This document shows, piece after piece, positions 12,005 to 26,965 of a stretch of 64,000 nt of DNA (position 1 is its first letter; every line of letters begins with the position of its first letter). The DNA comes from Vairimorpha necatrix (lineage: Eukaryota), in assembly GCA_036630325.1 (NCBI GenBank), contig CP142735.1, positions 992,001 to 1,056,000 on the forward strand. The letters run 5' to 3'. Position numbers and translations under genes: made by a program. Below the pieces are notes generated by a model, which saw only the letters and a program-made list of their open reading frames with translations, searched no databases and was not told the origin of the DNA.

Positions 12005-15000
12005 ATATCATATTATAAAATAAAATAAGATTCAATTTATAGTATTTTTGTTGTAAATAAAATATAAACAAATATTTATAATAACTTATATCTTCTTTGC
12101 TAAGTAATATTTATAGACAACTGAAACCATTTTACTTATTTATATATTGTTTGTGCTTTTTAGAGACGATTTTACTCAATGGATAACATTCATTGGATTC
12201 TACGTATATCTAAGACGATAATTTTAATGTGTTTATAATGATATACAATAAATATCAAGTGAGAATACAAACGGAAAAGGGAAAAAAATGTCTTTTTTAC
12301 AATTTAAATATATTTGCAATACCAAAAATATAATTTATCTAATAATTTGTTCGACAAAAACTATTATATTTATGAACGTGAAAAATAAACGAATTAATAG
12401 TATTTGCATCTATATTGGGTTTTGTATTTTTATATTTTTTCTTTAAAATTAGATAGCAGCAATATAAAGTTTGTGTATCTAAAATCTGTAGTTAAAAAAT
12501 ATTTCAATTATAACATTATTATAAAAAATTTTGTTGTTATAATCTGTTTTAATTTTGACTAAATTTTTAATTCAACAAATTATATCTACAATCGCGCTTA
12601 GATTCGAAACAATAAATCATTAAACATTTACTCATTAGATATTCATTTAGAAAAAGTCTATGGCGCACTTTTAACCCGCATTTTGGCTTATAAGCCCCGT
12701 GCGATGCGTAATTGATTTTCAAAACATAAATCAGTTATTATTTTACTTTTCTCAATTTTATCAACGTATTTTAGCTCAAAAATTCAAAACACTTTTATTT
12801 TACATTATTTTCTTCTGTATAATAGATATAGATTTTGTATCCAAAAAAACAATTTTATATAATAACATATCTAATTTATAAAAAACACATTTAAAAGATC
12901 TAAAGCTGTAATTTTAAGCGTGTAATATCGTATAAATCATACATATTGGTTTTATAAAAGATTTTTTAAAAAGCATGAGGAAACTATAAGACAAATTTTA
13001 TTTCAAAATATCAATCTAATATTAAAATGGAATTCATAAAATAGTTGTCTTGCATTTATACCATTTAAAACTTTACTGAAAATAACGAATTCATTTTTTT
13101 TTTAAATCTCTGTTAATTCATTTTCGATTACATTTTGAATTATAAATTAAGCCAATCCCTTTTCCTAAAATTTAATCAAAGGATAATAATATATGTTTGA
13201 TATTCTTTACAAAGATCCATAAACCAAGGTGAAATACTTAATGACATATTGCACTAACCCAAATTATAAATAAGTAGCTAAATTTTGATATTATGATTAT
13301 ACTTTCATGATATTAAATGTTTCAATTCTCTCATATTCATTAAATGCTCTAAATATTATAGTTTAATGTCCAAAGGTATAATAAACTGGGTAATGTTTAA
13401 TAATATTATTGTAGGTAATTTTTATTGTTTATATAATCGATATAATTTTGCTCTTAGATATTGGTGTATCTTTGTAATAAAAATCGTTATATGACTTGAT
13501 ATTGTTAATAAGAACACAAGAATAATTACAATAATTGTTTTTTTCAAATGCGAATATATTTATTAAAAAAAATTGTTTTTCTAACATAATAATAAAATCT
13601 AAAAGTATTATTGTGTTTAGATAGTAAAATTACATATAAAAATAATTTAAAAGCTAAAAACCGAATTATTCGCACAATAAAATATATTCATATATTTTTC
13701 CGGAATTTTGACATTTTTAGTCATTGAATTATAAAAAATACCTTTAACACTCAAACATACATTATTTATGTTATTTCTATATTTTTAAATTTCAAAGGAT
13801 CATTTTATGTATACGCTATGTATATTAATTGGTTTTTTTCGGCTATTTTTCAAAAACAAGGCTGGAATAATTTACTGCATAATATATTGATAAAGGGAGG
13901 CAGAAAATATGCTCAAAATCCATAAATTCAATTTTGTTCATCGTGTATATGAGAGCAAATAAAGTGTAAATTTTATATTATAATTTTATAATATGTATTC
14001 TCCAACGCTACAACTCTCTACAGATTTGTATAATTTTCCTATTGTTGATATTTATCATGTAAAAAATTTAATCAATAAGTTACTAAAGTTATTCAAAACT
14101 TTTTTTTTAGTTGCTTATAAACAAATTTATGATTATAAGCTTTAGTAATGTTTTTAAGAGCATTTAATTATTTTTAATTTTTGATTTGCAATAATCACTT
14201 AATATCATTCATTTATTATGATCTTTTTTATATGGAATTTTGCAAGCATGTTATTTACAGTTAATTAATAAAATATGTAATGTACAACAATAACATAATA
14301 AAATAGAATACTATGATTAACAAATTTTTTTAGTCTTAAATTTTACGCTATAACAATATGTTTCTAGAAGTGTTGAATTAACCATTAACACAAGAACAAA
14401 TCATATAAAAAATGTAATATATTACAACAATTTAGATAAATTTCTTCTAGTGTCATTTATATAATAAGTTCAAATAAAATTCCATCCTTAATTTTTCGAT
14501 CAAGTCATTCCTGCAATTATATTTCATAAAGATAAAAAAACCGCTTTTCCAAATCGTATATTATGTTTTAGATCTATTACTATTATTTTAACTGAAAAAT
14601 TATGCAAGACACATTTCTTATTATTGAATTTATTGTGCTTTTACAAAGTATTAATATTTAAAGTAAAAATTTTTTAAAAACATGAGTTTAGATTAAAATT
14701 CCTGTTATTAAACTATATAACACTCAATATTATATATATACTCTTATCTTGTGACGTGAAAATTCAAAATGCAAAAACAATTATACATAAACAAATATAT
14801 CAACTATATAGCTTTGATCGCAGTATGGTTCATAGATCATTTTTACGTACAAACAAATTTCTAATATAGCTTTTTTATGTAATATACTCGTATATATATA
14901 TGCAACGATTAACAATTCTATAATTTTTAAAGGCTAAGATCGTTCTTTTTTGTAAAGATTTCTTTTATTAAAAAAAATTTATTTTTTGTCATATTTATAT

Positions 15001-16335
15001 ATGTTTCTGATGTTTAAAATATTAGATAAATTATACAATTGGCAGTATAGTTTATTTTAGAATTTTGGCCGAAACTTTACATTTATTCTAATGATAGTTG
15101 GATATTAATATGGTCTTTACTAAATAATCTTAATATATTACTTAGTTGTTCAAACTGCAACGACTAATAGATTCATTTTTACTATTATTTTGTACTAAGA
15201 TATATTATTAATCTTACTTGTTTTTTAAATTCTAAATGAATAAATCTAGACCAATTTTTTAAGCATCTTGTATAATTATATATTGTTCTATTTAGTTGGT
15301 AACATGTTTTTAAAGATAACTTTGGGCATAAAAATCTTGCTTTTAAAGGTGTTTAGAAATTGTCTACATATTTTTGTAAAACTCAATTATTATTAATATT
15401 TATCTATATAAAAAGTTAAAATATGAAAGTTTTTTATTTAATATTTATACTGTAGAAGCACATTTTCACATGAAACCTAAATGAGTAGTGCATAATTAAT
15501 TATTTAATTAACAGGATGTCATATATTAAGGGAAGTAATTAACATTAGAAGCTCGAAAGATAATATTACCTATATAGCTAAAAACTAGTTAAAATAAATA
15601 ACACCCGAAAACAAAAAGTCATTTATTTATCAATTGTTTTCTTTTGTATCTTCTATTTTAATGATAATTCATCAACTTGTTTGTACACGGAACAAAACAA
15701 GTCGAATATTTTCGATAACAATATATATACAGAAAAATCGAATGAAGACCTAAGAAATATGTACACGAACATTCAAACAATATATTTTCGCTTGATTTAA
15801 AACTTCTTATTTCAAAAACAAGAATTATAACAAAACATCCCCCTAATAATTATAAATAGATACTCAAAGAATTTTAATGAAGTGTAAAATGCAACAATTA
15901 AAACATAAACTACGTGAATTTATCTGATTTTTTTTCCGAGACGAATTTATAACTAAAATGTTCTAAATTGTACGTGCTTGTTGATTTCACGTTAACAAGA
16001 AATTGGTATAAATTTAGAATTGTTGTTAGTGATCATATCACAAAATAACACTAAAATTACGGAAGAGTAAAAAAATCTGTGAAAATACGGAACAGGAAAA
16101 AGTATTTTGTTTGTTTGTGCGAGAATACAAACGAATTCAAGTTTATGGATTGATTTTTGTTAAAAAACTTTTTTTTTGTATTCTTACTTATTTTGATTGC
16201 AATGGTAACAAATTTTAGACGAATTATGGTAAATTTACAAAAACAATCGGTTTACTAGTTATAGATTTTTATGTCTAATTATTTTAATGTTTTATTAATT
16301 TTTTTGTCTTGTAATTTTTATAGTAAATAATTATT

Positions 16336-16941
16336 TTATTTTTTGGTATTATCTGATATTTGATAATTGAGTTTAAAAACGTCTGATTCACTTTTAAGTT
16401 TTAAATTATCAATAAATACATATAAATCCGAAGCTTTTATGCTCAAACTTTTCTCACAATATAAATCTAGTTTACTATAAACAATGTTTTTCTTAAACTG
16501 AAATAATTTAGTAGACGCCCAAGAAATAGTACTTTTTTTTTCGTTATAAAAAATAATTTCAAAGAAAAAATTTCTATATTCAATCAAACTAAAGCTACAC
16601 TTATAAAAAAATTCACTCTTCAAAAAATTAATTCGAATTTCATCATCAGTAATTAAGTGTGAGATACTTTTTATTCTTTCATGTTCATTTTTATCAACCT
16701 GCTTTAAAGATAATCCATCATTTAAAACCGAATCAATAATATTTTTAAGATCATTTTGAGCGTAAATTTTATTATACAGCAGACCAGCACCTTTAGATAG
16801 AAAAATTTTACAGTTATATGGAAAATTAGAGTCATCATAAACACCAATGTAGGCGTCACAATAATAATTTTGCTTGATATTTATAAACAATGTCAATTCG
16901 CAATAGGCACAGAAAAAGTTCAAAACTATTCTTCTTAACAT
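16336..16941 (-). CDS. Hypothetical, probably secreted protein, 201 aa
   Basis: Start moved to the ATG at 16941 (GACCCCAATG); N-terminus MLRRIVLNFFCAYC; no recognisable domain. Confidence 0.78.
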   Translation of the reverse strand: MLRRIVLNFFCAYCELTLFINIKQNYYCDAYIGVYDDSNFPYNCKIFLSKGAGLLYNKIYAQNDLKNIIDSVLNDGLSLKQVDKNEHERIKSISHLITDDEIRINFLKSEFFYKCSFSLIEYRNFFFEIIFYNEKKSTISWASTKLFQFKKNIVYSKLDLYCEKSLSIKASDLYVFIDNLKLKSESDVFKLNYQISDNTKK

Positions 16942-19900
16942 TGGGGTCAAAAAATAATAAATTATAAAATGATGCGTAATTAAAAACAAGTTTTGATATA
17001 AAAATATAAAACGATCAAAAATTAATATTTCTTATAATAAAAATTAATACTTAAAAGCTCAATTTTTCTTTTTATAATTAATGTTTTTGTCAATTTAAGT
17101 AAAAAAATTAAAATTCCATTGACATAAACACATCCACAAAACTATTTTACAAAATATAAATCTCAGCAGCTATTTAAACAACATAGGTCTCGTTTTATAA
17201 AAATAATTTATTATAACATATTAAGTAATTTATTATTATTCGTGAATTATGGATTTTCAAAAATTAATTCGAATATAATATCTCAAACAAACTTCCAAAT
17301 GTTAATATCATAAATACACAATTAAAATTATGTATCTCTTAAAACATTAGGTTTTTTATTTTTAAAATAATTTCTTGATATATTCATTCAATCTATATAA
17401 TATTTTATGGATGGTTTTATTGAGTATAATCTCTATGAAAATATTCTCATACTTATAAAAATGTATTTTTGATGTTTTCTGTCTGAAATGATATAATTGC
17501 ACAAAAAAATCCAATTTATATGTAAACAAACACTTTTGATTATATTAACATAAAAAAAATAAGAAATTTACAAAATTATATGTCGAATATTAAAGAATAA
17601 ACCTGCAAATGTTTGAGCTATTTTAAAATAAAAATACTTAAAACAAATAATTCAAATTCAAAAATAGTATTAATTTGAGGTTTAAGATTAAAAATTTATA
17701 TATATTTTATAAATAAAACTAAAATCAGGTCGAAAAATAGACTTTTATGTTTTTAGATAAGAGTTTAAATGTTTATTATCGTATATGAACATATTTCTGC
17801 ATATAAAATTATTACAAATACAAAATTTTTGTGGATTACCTTGAAAAAACTATAAAAATACTAATTTGTGATTGTAATTAAAAATTATATGATATAAATA
17901 ATATATTACATTCAGGGGTTTTCATAATCGAATATATATATTCGTTCTGTTTTATTTTAAAAGTGATTTAATATCGAAATTTTATCAAAAACAATTTATG
18001 AAAATAACATTCTATAAATTTTATAGATATGTACATTTTAATACTATTTTTAAAGTTAAATTTAAATCAATAACATATTTTCATGATAAGCTTCACATTA
18101 CATTAAATTAAAAAAGATTTTGGTTTGATTAATCATAAAAAACTAATTATTCGAAGTTTTAGCAAAGTGCATTTATGCATAAATCAAACAAAAAAATTTA
18201 AATGCGTCTAAGTTCAAAAAAAGAACACATATAGATGTGGGTTCTACAATTTTTAATTTTTTTAAAACTTAACATTTTCCTTATGTGCATGTTTTACAAA
18301 TTTAAATTTCATGTAATCTAAAATATTTGTTTAAATTTAAAGTATAATCTTATTGAAATCTAAGTTTTTACATTACATTAGTTAAGTGTTTTTATTAATA
18401 TTTAGTTTTTAAAAGTTACTTTTACTACGATATATTTGTTTAGATTCGTAATTTATAACTGCACTATATTATTTTCTTTACTACATCATAAGTAATGAAA
18501 TCAAAAAATAGCATAATTAGTCATAAAATAAAGTTTCACTGTCTTTATCATTTGTTATATTTATGATTTCTATACATAAAATATTTGCAAACGTCTAAGA
18601 AGTTTATAAAAACATCCCAACATTATCTTCAGGAAAAGATTATAACAGCAGAATACAATATATAATAGTCACAAGAAGAAGTATTTTAGTAAGAATGTAA
18701 TTTTTCGCAAAAATTTTTTTTTCAGAAGGTTGAAACAAAACTTTAGTTTTATTTGCATAAAAACTATGCAGCACAAGTAAAGGTTCATATCATTGTACAC
18801 ATAATCCTAATTTGAAATTATAATAAAAGCAATATTACAAAATTTTAAATAACATTGTACAGAAACATGCACCTATGAAAAACTTAGGCAATTAAATAAG
18901 CATATAAGCAAAAATGTACAGTACACTTTGACATGAAAAAAAAACTATCACAATAAAAAAACCAATACAAATAAAGACTTTGAATCGTTACACTTGTATG
19001 ACATATGTTTACTGTTTAGTTGAGATAGTATCGTACAATCCCGTTATTTATCTCACCTTTTATAAAAAATTTAGTCATTATAAAATAATATACTTTGGTC
19101 ACATATATAATTTTTTTATGAGCATGAAGAGTATATACATTATAATTCCTTTAAAAATGCCATTTTTTTATGAAATATCATTTATTTTTATAACTGATCA
19201 AAATGCAAACGTCATACAAACATGATCAAACATTAAGACAAATGAGAGGTTACAGATACAATAGATATCAAGATGTATAACCAAAATTTAATTATGTTAT
19301 AAAAATTTTAAACATTTTCAACTGTTATTTTTTCAAAATGACATGTTTTAAGTTATTGTATTTTGTTTTATGCAATTCTAATTAAAAATATGGTAAGTTG
19401 TATTTAAATATATATAGAACCTTATTATAAAGTGCATATAAAGTTGGGCAATTTAAAAATACGTTTTATATCCTCAATTAATTACTTTATATTAATTTGT
19501 TATGTATATCATAATACACTAAGCCAAGGGGTTATAATTTATCATTGAACTCTTGCCATACAAGTGAATTTTTTTATTATTTATTGCGTCAATACTTTTT
19601 TTTTGTGTTTTATAGTTTAAAATGATCAATTTTTTTAAAATTAATAACACATTAAAAAAGCAAATTTCTTTTTTTTCAAATTCATAAAATTATCATGATT
19701 TTCATTAAATACAAAACATGAGAATATTAACGTTTAATTATTTTTTATATAAACACATATTTTTTTTGTTATAACTCAAACACTCGTGTTATATTATAAT
19801 ATTGTTTAATACAGGTTTGATAGATGTTAAAATTTTAAAGAATTTTAATATTTTGTTTTAAGATGAGATTTATTAAGCTGTAAAAATCTATTGTATAATA

Positions 19901-20258
19901 ACACCTTGTATAAAAATATTGAAATTGTATTAATATATGTATGACAATTTTCTATACTTTTTATGTTTTATTATTAAGATTCAATTTTGCCAGGACCTGT
20001 TTTCATTAATTCATCATATAAATCATATTTATGTATTTTCAATTTTCAGATTACACGAAAAGATTTTGTTTTCAATTTAATTTTTTCAAGGAATAACACC
20101 ACGTAAGCATTTGAATGTATACTTATGACGTATATGTTTTCAAGAAATATTGTTATAAAGCAAATTGTCATTTAATTATATAACAAATTTTTAAAATGTA
20201 AAAAGTTAAATAATAATAAAACTTTTTAACATAATTTTTTGTTTTATTTAGGCCCTAA

Positions 20259-20993
20259 ATGTTGTTTGTTATTATGATATTTTCAGTAAATACTTCAAGA
20301 ATGGATTTTCATCAGTTATATAAAAGATCTCTAGAGGCGACGAACATGCCATTTAACAATAGTGAATTGATGTATATCAAGGATAATTTTGATCAAAATT
20401 ATATGACAACACCCTTTAATGCTACTTACAATTCTGAGACTATTAATTATTTTAAATCATTTTATAATAATGCATTTGAACGAGAGATCAGAAACTGTCC
20501 AGAACACTTCGAGTTTAAACCAAAAAAAATTCTTTATAATGAAATTAATTGGGAAAAAATAACGAAAGCTTCAGATGTGGTATTTGATGCTTTGATGTCT
20601 CATGAAGATGTGATAAACATTATATCTATAATTGAAGACACAAATGAACGTATTAATGACTTGAGATATTATTTTAAAGTATTTACAACTAAATTCTTGC
20701 TTAAACAACCGACGAAAAGAAGATTAAGAGAAATTGGTCATCTTTTCGAAATATTAGCGTATCATAGTTATGATTTGATATTTGACTTGAGTTTTTTTAC
20801 TTCATTTAAAAACCCAAAAGAAATTGAAAAACTTAAAAATCTTGTTTACGAGTATATTGATATCAGAATAAATTCATCATGCGATTGGTATATCACACAG
20901 TTGTATTCTGAACAAATGTATTCTAACGATAAAAAAAACAAAACTACCGAATATCAGAATGAGGATGAACAATATTTATATAAAGTATATTAA
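20259..20993 (+). CDS. Hypothetical secreted protein, 244 aa
   Basis: GGCCCTAAATG start context; short signal-like MLFVIMIFSVNTS; intact ORF. Confidence 0.82.
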   Translation: MLFVIMIFSVNTSRMDFHQLYKRSLEATNMPFNNSELMYIKDNFDQNYMTTPFNATYNSETINYFKSFYNNAFEREIRNCPEHFEFKPKKILYNEINWEKITKASDVVFDALMSHEDVINIISIIEDTNERINDLRYYFKVFTTKFLLKQPTKRRLREIGHLFEILAYHSYDLIFDLSFFTSFKNPKEIEKLKNLVYEYIDIRINSSCDWYITQLYSEQMYSNDKKNKTTEYQNEDEQYLYKVY

Positions 20994-22936
20994 CTGATAA
21001 TTTTTTTTTGTTTGCTTAGCATTTTATAAAATTTAATGCCATTTATATAATTTGACGCATTAACATTACAAAATGCTTTTGCTAATTGTAATAATAACAT
21101 TTTGTATATAGATTTCTTTCTTGTAGGTAAATAAGAAATATAATTTTCATTATTTATCTTGAATTTACAAAATACAAGATGTAAAATTAGTCCTATAGTC
21201 TTTACTTAGCTTTCTGGACTTATTCGTACATGCAAATTTAATCGATGTAAAAATTACCAAGAGTTTTAATACTTTTATATTCCACTAATTTAGCATGATT
21301 ATATTTGATTAATAAGCTTAAACTATAATTTTATTGATAACGAAAGTAAACGAATTATACCTATATATAATTTTTAAGTAGGTATAGTTTTTTTTTGTGA
21401 TAATTTGAATTTATGAAAAAACATACACAAGAGCATATTTTATTATTAACGGTAATGTTTTTTTTGTTTCAAAATTTAATAAATTAGAATTTTCTACATT
21501 TTACCCTTAAGAATGTCAGCGACACGCAATCAATTATTATTTATGACGTCAAATTAATAGTTATATAGTCAAAAAAAAATTTATAAGTTTATCCATTTTA
21601 AATAAAACTTAAATTATTTTTAACCTTTGAAAAAAAATTATGAAATATACGTTTTTTTGTAGTATTAAGTATGGCGTAACAGTTAATTAATAGGAAAATA
21701 TATGCTGTTCAGTAAAGTAGAACTTCCATAAATGCAAAAACAATATTTTTCAACATATATTGATTTATTGAAGAAGAGTTTTATTTGTATCAATAAATCT
21801 TTCATATGTCATTTTAGCTTGTAAGTTATACCAAAGCCATTGGTAATAAAAATATTGTGTCAATATTTATAATATATCTCAAACTGTAACATTTCCGTAA
21901 AAATTTTCTTTAAAGTTCTTTTTTAACGGCATCATTATAAATAATTTAAAATTATATTGAATTTTAGATGTTCCCGCACATTGATAAGCCTTAAAATTTT
22001 AAATTTTTTTTTAGGGTTCGATCGCCGACTTTAACACATAAATAAAATTTAAAGATTTTACAAAGATGTATAAATATATCATATGAGATGAACATATATA
22101 AAATTTTATATTTGTGCTGTGATGAAATTTGTATTAAGTACATGTACTAACATGAAATCTACATGTAAAGATCTAGTGTTGAAAATAATGTTTGGATTTG
22201 TGTGTAGAAATACCCAATTGTATATAATAGATGCAACTAGCTTAATATAATGAAATTTACGGAAGGTTCATATTTAAGTTTGAAGTACAGTTATAGCTGT
22301 AAATTTATTCATAAAAATTCATATACATGAGAATCGAATAAAAACAATTTTGAGGTAAAATAGTACAGAAAAATATACGTCGATTGTTTACACAAACATG
22401 AATTAAGCATCTGTTTCTAATACCGTTCTGATTGTGATTTCTAACCCAGGATTGACATTTATAGTATTTACAATTCTTTTAATCTTAAATATGATAATAT
22501 CCTGATGAAAACTGTAATTATGCTTTATGTTCAATTCTATAATAATTTTTTGAGTATTGCTAAATTTTGTTTAACTAAGTAGTTTGTCATTAATCTTGAG
22601 TTTGCACATTTTATAAAATCTCATTCATTAATTTAAAAGATATCCTTTATATTAAGTAATCTTTAGATATTTGTATAGATTTTTACTCGAAAATATTTTA
22701 AGTTTTAACCTGAACCATATTTAAGAAATATTTTACAACTTTAGTTGCGAAATATTTTTTTTTGCATACACTATAATATTGCAATACCAAAGATCTATAC
22801 AAATTCTCTATAGGAAGTTAATACATAAAAATTAAGATACCCGATATAATATCCATGTTTCATTAACACAAAAAAACATTGTGCAAAATGAAATTCCACG
22901 TCTTTATATATTTATGTTAGTATTAAGTTTATAAAA

Positions 22937-25900
22937 ATGAGGGTAAAGATAGAGCGGGAGAAAAACCAACAAAAATACAAAACAACCCTCTGAAAAAATG
23001 GGGACAAAACAGAGACAGGAGACAAAGAACGGGGTCAGAACACACTAGTGTGTCGACTCAATCCACTTCTGGGATCTTGCAGCAGTACTTGTGAGTACCG
23101 AAGCGAGTGAAGAAGAATGGCCTCGAAGAGTATTTCTAGCATCATAAATAGATTTGGTAGAATGCCAAGAGGAAGAGAAATAAAGCTACGAGTTCTTCTG
23201 TGAAAAAATTTGGGTCTGACTTAATTTCACTAGAATTCAAGGGCAAAGCAAGAAAACGCTCACTATTAATAATGGTAGACAAATGACGGCTCGGGAATTC
23301 TATGTGAATTCTACTGAAAGAAGAAAAGCCGAAACTGGCTTCGAAACCAAGCTTTTCCTAAAAGCACAAAAATTATTCCTGGAGAAACTTAGTTATATCT
23401 AGAACACATGTGTGGACCAGATAAAAAGAACGAAGAGATTTCCCCCTCAAGGTCGATCTGTTAAAACTTGATGCAACAGTAAGGCGGTAGATAACCACGT
23501 TAAATTCCATCCCCCATACATGACAGAGATTGCAAGGATACTGAAATCTGCACAGATCTACTATCATGAAATGGCGAGTATGAAGCCAAACACTCGTCTT
23601 GGAAAGAAAGTATCATGAAAAAAAATTACTGAGACTGAAGACAAGGTAGTGCTTACCAAAAAGGCCAGGGCTTTTGATAAACTCTCAAATGAGAAAAAGC
23701 TTGACGAAAAAAGATAATGCGTTAACTCAAGATGCTTGCATGTTTACACCGAGGTACTTCTGAAGCATTGTTATGCTCAACGAGAGGAAAGCCATATACT
23801 TAAGGAGCTAGATGTCGCAGATCGACGCTTAGAGCATAGGCGTTAAAATCACCATTTTGAGCTATATAGAAACAAATCCTAAAGAAACTCAAGTGTGCCA
23901 ATGAAACTACTCAGAATGTAAGCGAAGAAGATATTACTTCATTCTGGTCTACCAGTGCAATACGAAAAAGCAATCCGAAGAAGCCAATAGTTTCTTTGAT
24001 ATCTTCTTTAAATATCTCTGATAGCCAAGATCAGATCACTTCGCAAATTGCAAGAAGTTGTGGATATTATAAAATATTTACCAAATTGGAAGGCTGCATG
24101 CTGTGTTGGAATCTTCAATTTCTTTATTAAGAAGTGTGAAGCTTTACACCCATACCTTTACAAGATTTTTAAGGAAGTATTCCTGGATGATAAAGAGCCC
24201 GAAGCTTAGTTCTACAAGGAAATTTTTTATTTAATGCCCATAGATACCCCACTAGCGTAACGACTTCAGGCCTATTACCTGTGTGTCGACCCTCTACAAG
24301 CTTACAACGAAATGCACTACGAAAGTAATGCAGCTAATTGTAGAAAGTATAGTATAACTAGCAGAGAACCAACTTCCGACAGTTAGACAAGTCCAAGGAG
24401 CAAAAGAACAAGCTATGATTAATATAGCAGTCAATAAGGAGCATGTAAACAAGCTGAAGACCATTTTGATAGATGTAAAGAAAGCCTACGACTCCTTAGA
24501 CCATTCTTATCTATTAACGTGCATTAGCAAGTTAAATCCTTCGCAATAGATAAGTAAATTCTTAGAAGTCACTGTTAAAAGGTGGCACATTGAGATAAAA
24601 TCAGGATCGGAAACGATACTGAATAAGAAGATTGAAAGGGGCATACTACAGGGTGATTCCTTGTCGCCGCTTTTGTTTGTACTATGTACGGACCCGTTGA
24701 GAAGGAAACTGAATTCAACTTACCTAAAAGTAGGAATACAGACTCACGAAAGTGTTTATGTAACAAACCATCTTCTATTTATTGATGATTTTAAGCTCCT
24801 CGCTGAGACGATGTCGTTTTAAAACTGATGAATGAGGAAACTAAAAAGTTTTTCTCTGCTGTAGGTTCAGAAATGAACAGAAGTAAGTCTGCAACTAACT
24901 GTAATGATTGTAGTGAAGATGCAGTAGTACTAGAAAAGCAACAAGGATACAAATACCTTGGAATAACAGAGGATGCCTCTAGTGCTGTAAAAGAGAGATT
25001 TTGAAAAAGTAAGAAATGATGTCCTGCAGAGAGTTGAAAAACTGTGCAAGACTCAGTTCAATGTTAAGAATATGATTCAAGTTAGAAAAAAGCATGCAAT
25101 ATCAGCAATAATATATCATGTAGTATTAAAATTAGGCCCAATGGATTTTAAAAGTCTCGATTTGAGTATCCGACAGGTACTTATCAAGTACCAGGTCCAT
25201 CTACAGCCAGCCTGCAAGGAAAGACTATACTTACCTAGTTCCAAAATTAATAGAGGCTATAAAGTATCGAAGATGAAACGAAAGTATGCTTTTGAATATT
25301 TATAAAACATTAGATGGGTCTGGAAATAGCTCACAAAGACGGGCAGCGATACTTAAAGTATAGGTAGAGAGCAAATACACTTGTTTAATATTAACGAGTA
25401 TCTAAGGTTTAGCTGGCTTTTTAGGAGAGATAATTCAGAATATGCTAATAGAATCCCCAAAAGAAGCGCTTTATCACAAAATTGACATAATGACAAACCA
25501 TGGAAAGTTGTTTAAAGATAGGGACAATGATTTAGTAAGCATTGGGAACTCTTATACCTGAATGGTTAGAGGAAACAATCAGACTAGACCCAAAGCAATT
25601 TACTGCTTCCTACAGGATAGAAATATCTTCTGTGGACAAGAGGGACAATGTCCCCATTGTGGATCTCATAGGAAGACCGTGGATCATTTAGCTACCAAGT
25701 GTGATCGAATGTTGGGTTTTGATTATATGAAAAGACACAACGAAGTAGTTAGATGCATTAATCTCATACTATGTTTAAATATGGGTTTAAGAAGACAAAA
25801 AAAATACGTGGAAACTCAGTACAAGAGATCATGGAAAATGATCTTGAAAAAATTAGAGTGAATACGAGAATATCCACTAGTATTAAGGAATTCATAATAA

Positions 25901-26436
25901 GCCTGATATTCTTTTGTTTGGCGAAAAAAAGTTTGAAATTTCAATGGTTGAAGTTAGTAGAGCCACTCAAGATACACTTATTATAGTTCATAACGAAAAA
26001 CTAAGAAAATATGGCCTTCTTGCAAATTAATGGGACTATACATTTATCCAAAACAAGAATAGTTCCTATTGAATGACATGAGATGTATAAGTGTTTAAAT
26101 ATCGCAAAATGTACATCAAGGAGCTGGAAAACCAATCCTACCTTGAAGATATATCTAGTTGTTGTAAAGAAGACTTTAGAGTTTGTCTCTTTGGAACGAC
26201 GACGAGGATACGATCAGGAGGATGCAGGAGAAGAAGAAGTGGCTAGAGCTTAAGCGCACTAGCGAATATGGTGATCGTTAAAGAGGTGGTGTCGGAAAAG
26301 AGAAATGAAGCTGAAAAAGTGAAGTTGGAAAACATTTCTAATTCCACAGAAACAAAAGTCTGTGAAGAGGTAATCCCATGAGCGATACCGGTGAAAGCCG
26401 GTCTATGAATATCTAATCTTAATGATAAATTAACTC
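22937..26436 (+). mobile_element. RLE-type non-LTR retrotransposon (R4/Dong-like), near full length, degenerate; 5' boundary approximate
   Basis: Broken frames give PNWKAA (approx. 24081), DFRPITC, DVKKAYDS, GILQGDSLSPLLFVL, HLLFIDDFKL (RT), then CPHC..TVDHLATKC..RHNEVV zinc finger, KPDI and KLRKY (restriction-like endonuclease). The 3' end ...AAATTAACTC is shared with the copy at 50974. Confidence 0.9.
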
Positions 26437-26790
26437 TTTAAATTTAATTCACAAAATTAACGTACCATCTTCAAACAATTTTGTTCTTAAATCATTTAAA
26501 ACATAATATAGATCTAATATAGGTATTACCCCATTTCAAAGAATATTACGTGAAGTATTAAACATATATTTTAAATAAACCCGCCATATTGACCTTAATT
26601 TTACAAGGTATTATTTTCAAAAAAATCTCAATTTAGAGAATTCAGATTTTCTAAATATATAAAAAATTTGCTTTCTGATGTTTCATTCTATATTTTTATT
26701 CCTTTTTAAAAAAAAGTAAAAACATGAAATGTCACAGTTAGTGGTGGAACCAGTTAGTAGGGGGAACCCTAAAAAAATTTTAAAAAAAGA

Positions 26791-26825
26791 CCGTCATGGG
26801 AATCGAACTTGGGACTTCTCGAAGG
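26791..26825 (-). promoter_or_regulatory. tRNA 3'-half / Pol III B-box-like motif in the left TIR
   Basis: Minus strand reads CCTTCGAGAAGTCCCAAGTTCGATTCCCATGACGG, then TC and a T7 run. Confidence 0.55.
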
Positions 26826-26965
26826 AATATAATCACAATGAACGACTTTTTTGAGACGGTTCAAAATTCGTCCTAATTATATTATGGGGTATATTTCGAG
26901 TAATTTTATATAAATTTGGAGGGAAAAGAAATAAAAAAATAAAATAAACAACTTTTTTAAAAAAT

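Noticed and set aside
12699-19225. Short 60-90 aa ORFs in intergenic DNA (e.g. 12699, 18980; likewise 2828, 28998, 29357, 34430, 44609-47292, 55430, 62940, 63432)
   Set aside because: Mostly non-ATG starts, no CCC context, no motifs; expected by chance.
26855-26872. Third T-arm-like hairpin GACGG-TTCAAAAT-TCGTC inside the Ginger element
   Set aside because: 8-nt loop and poor B-box match; could be chance.
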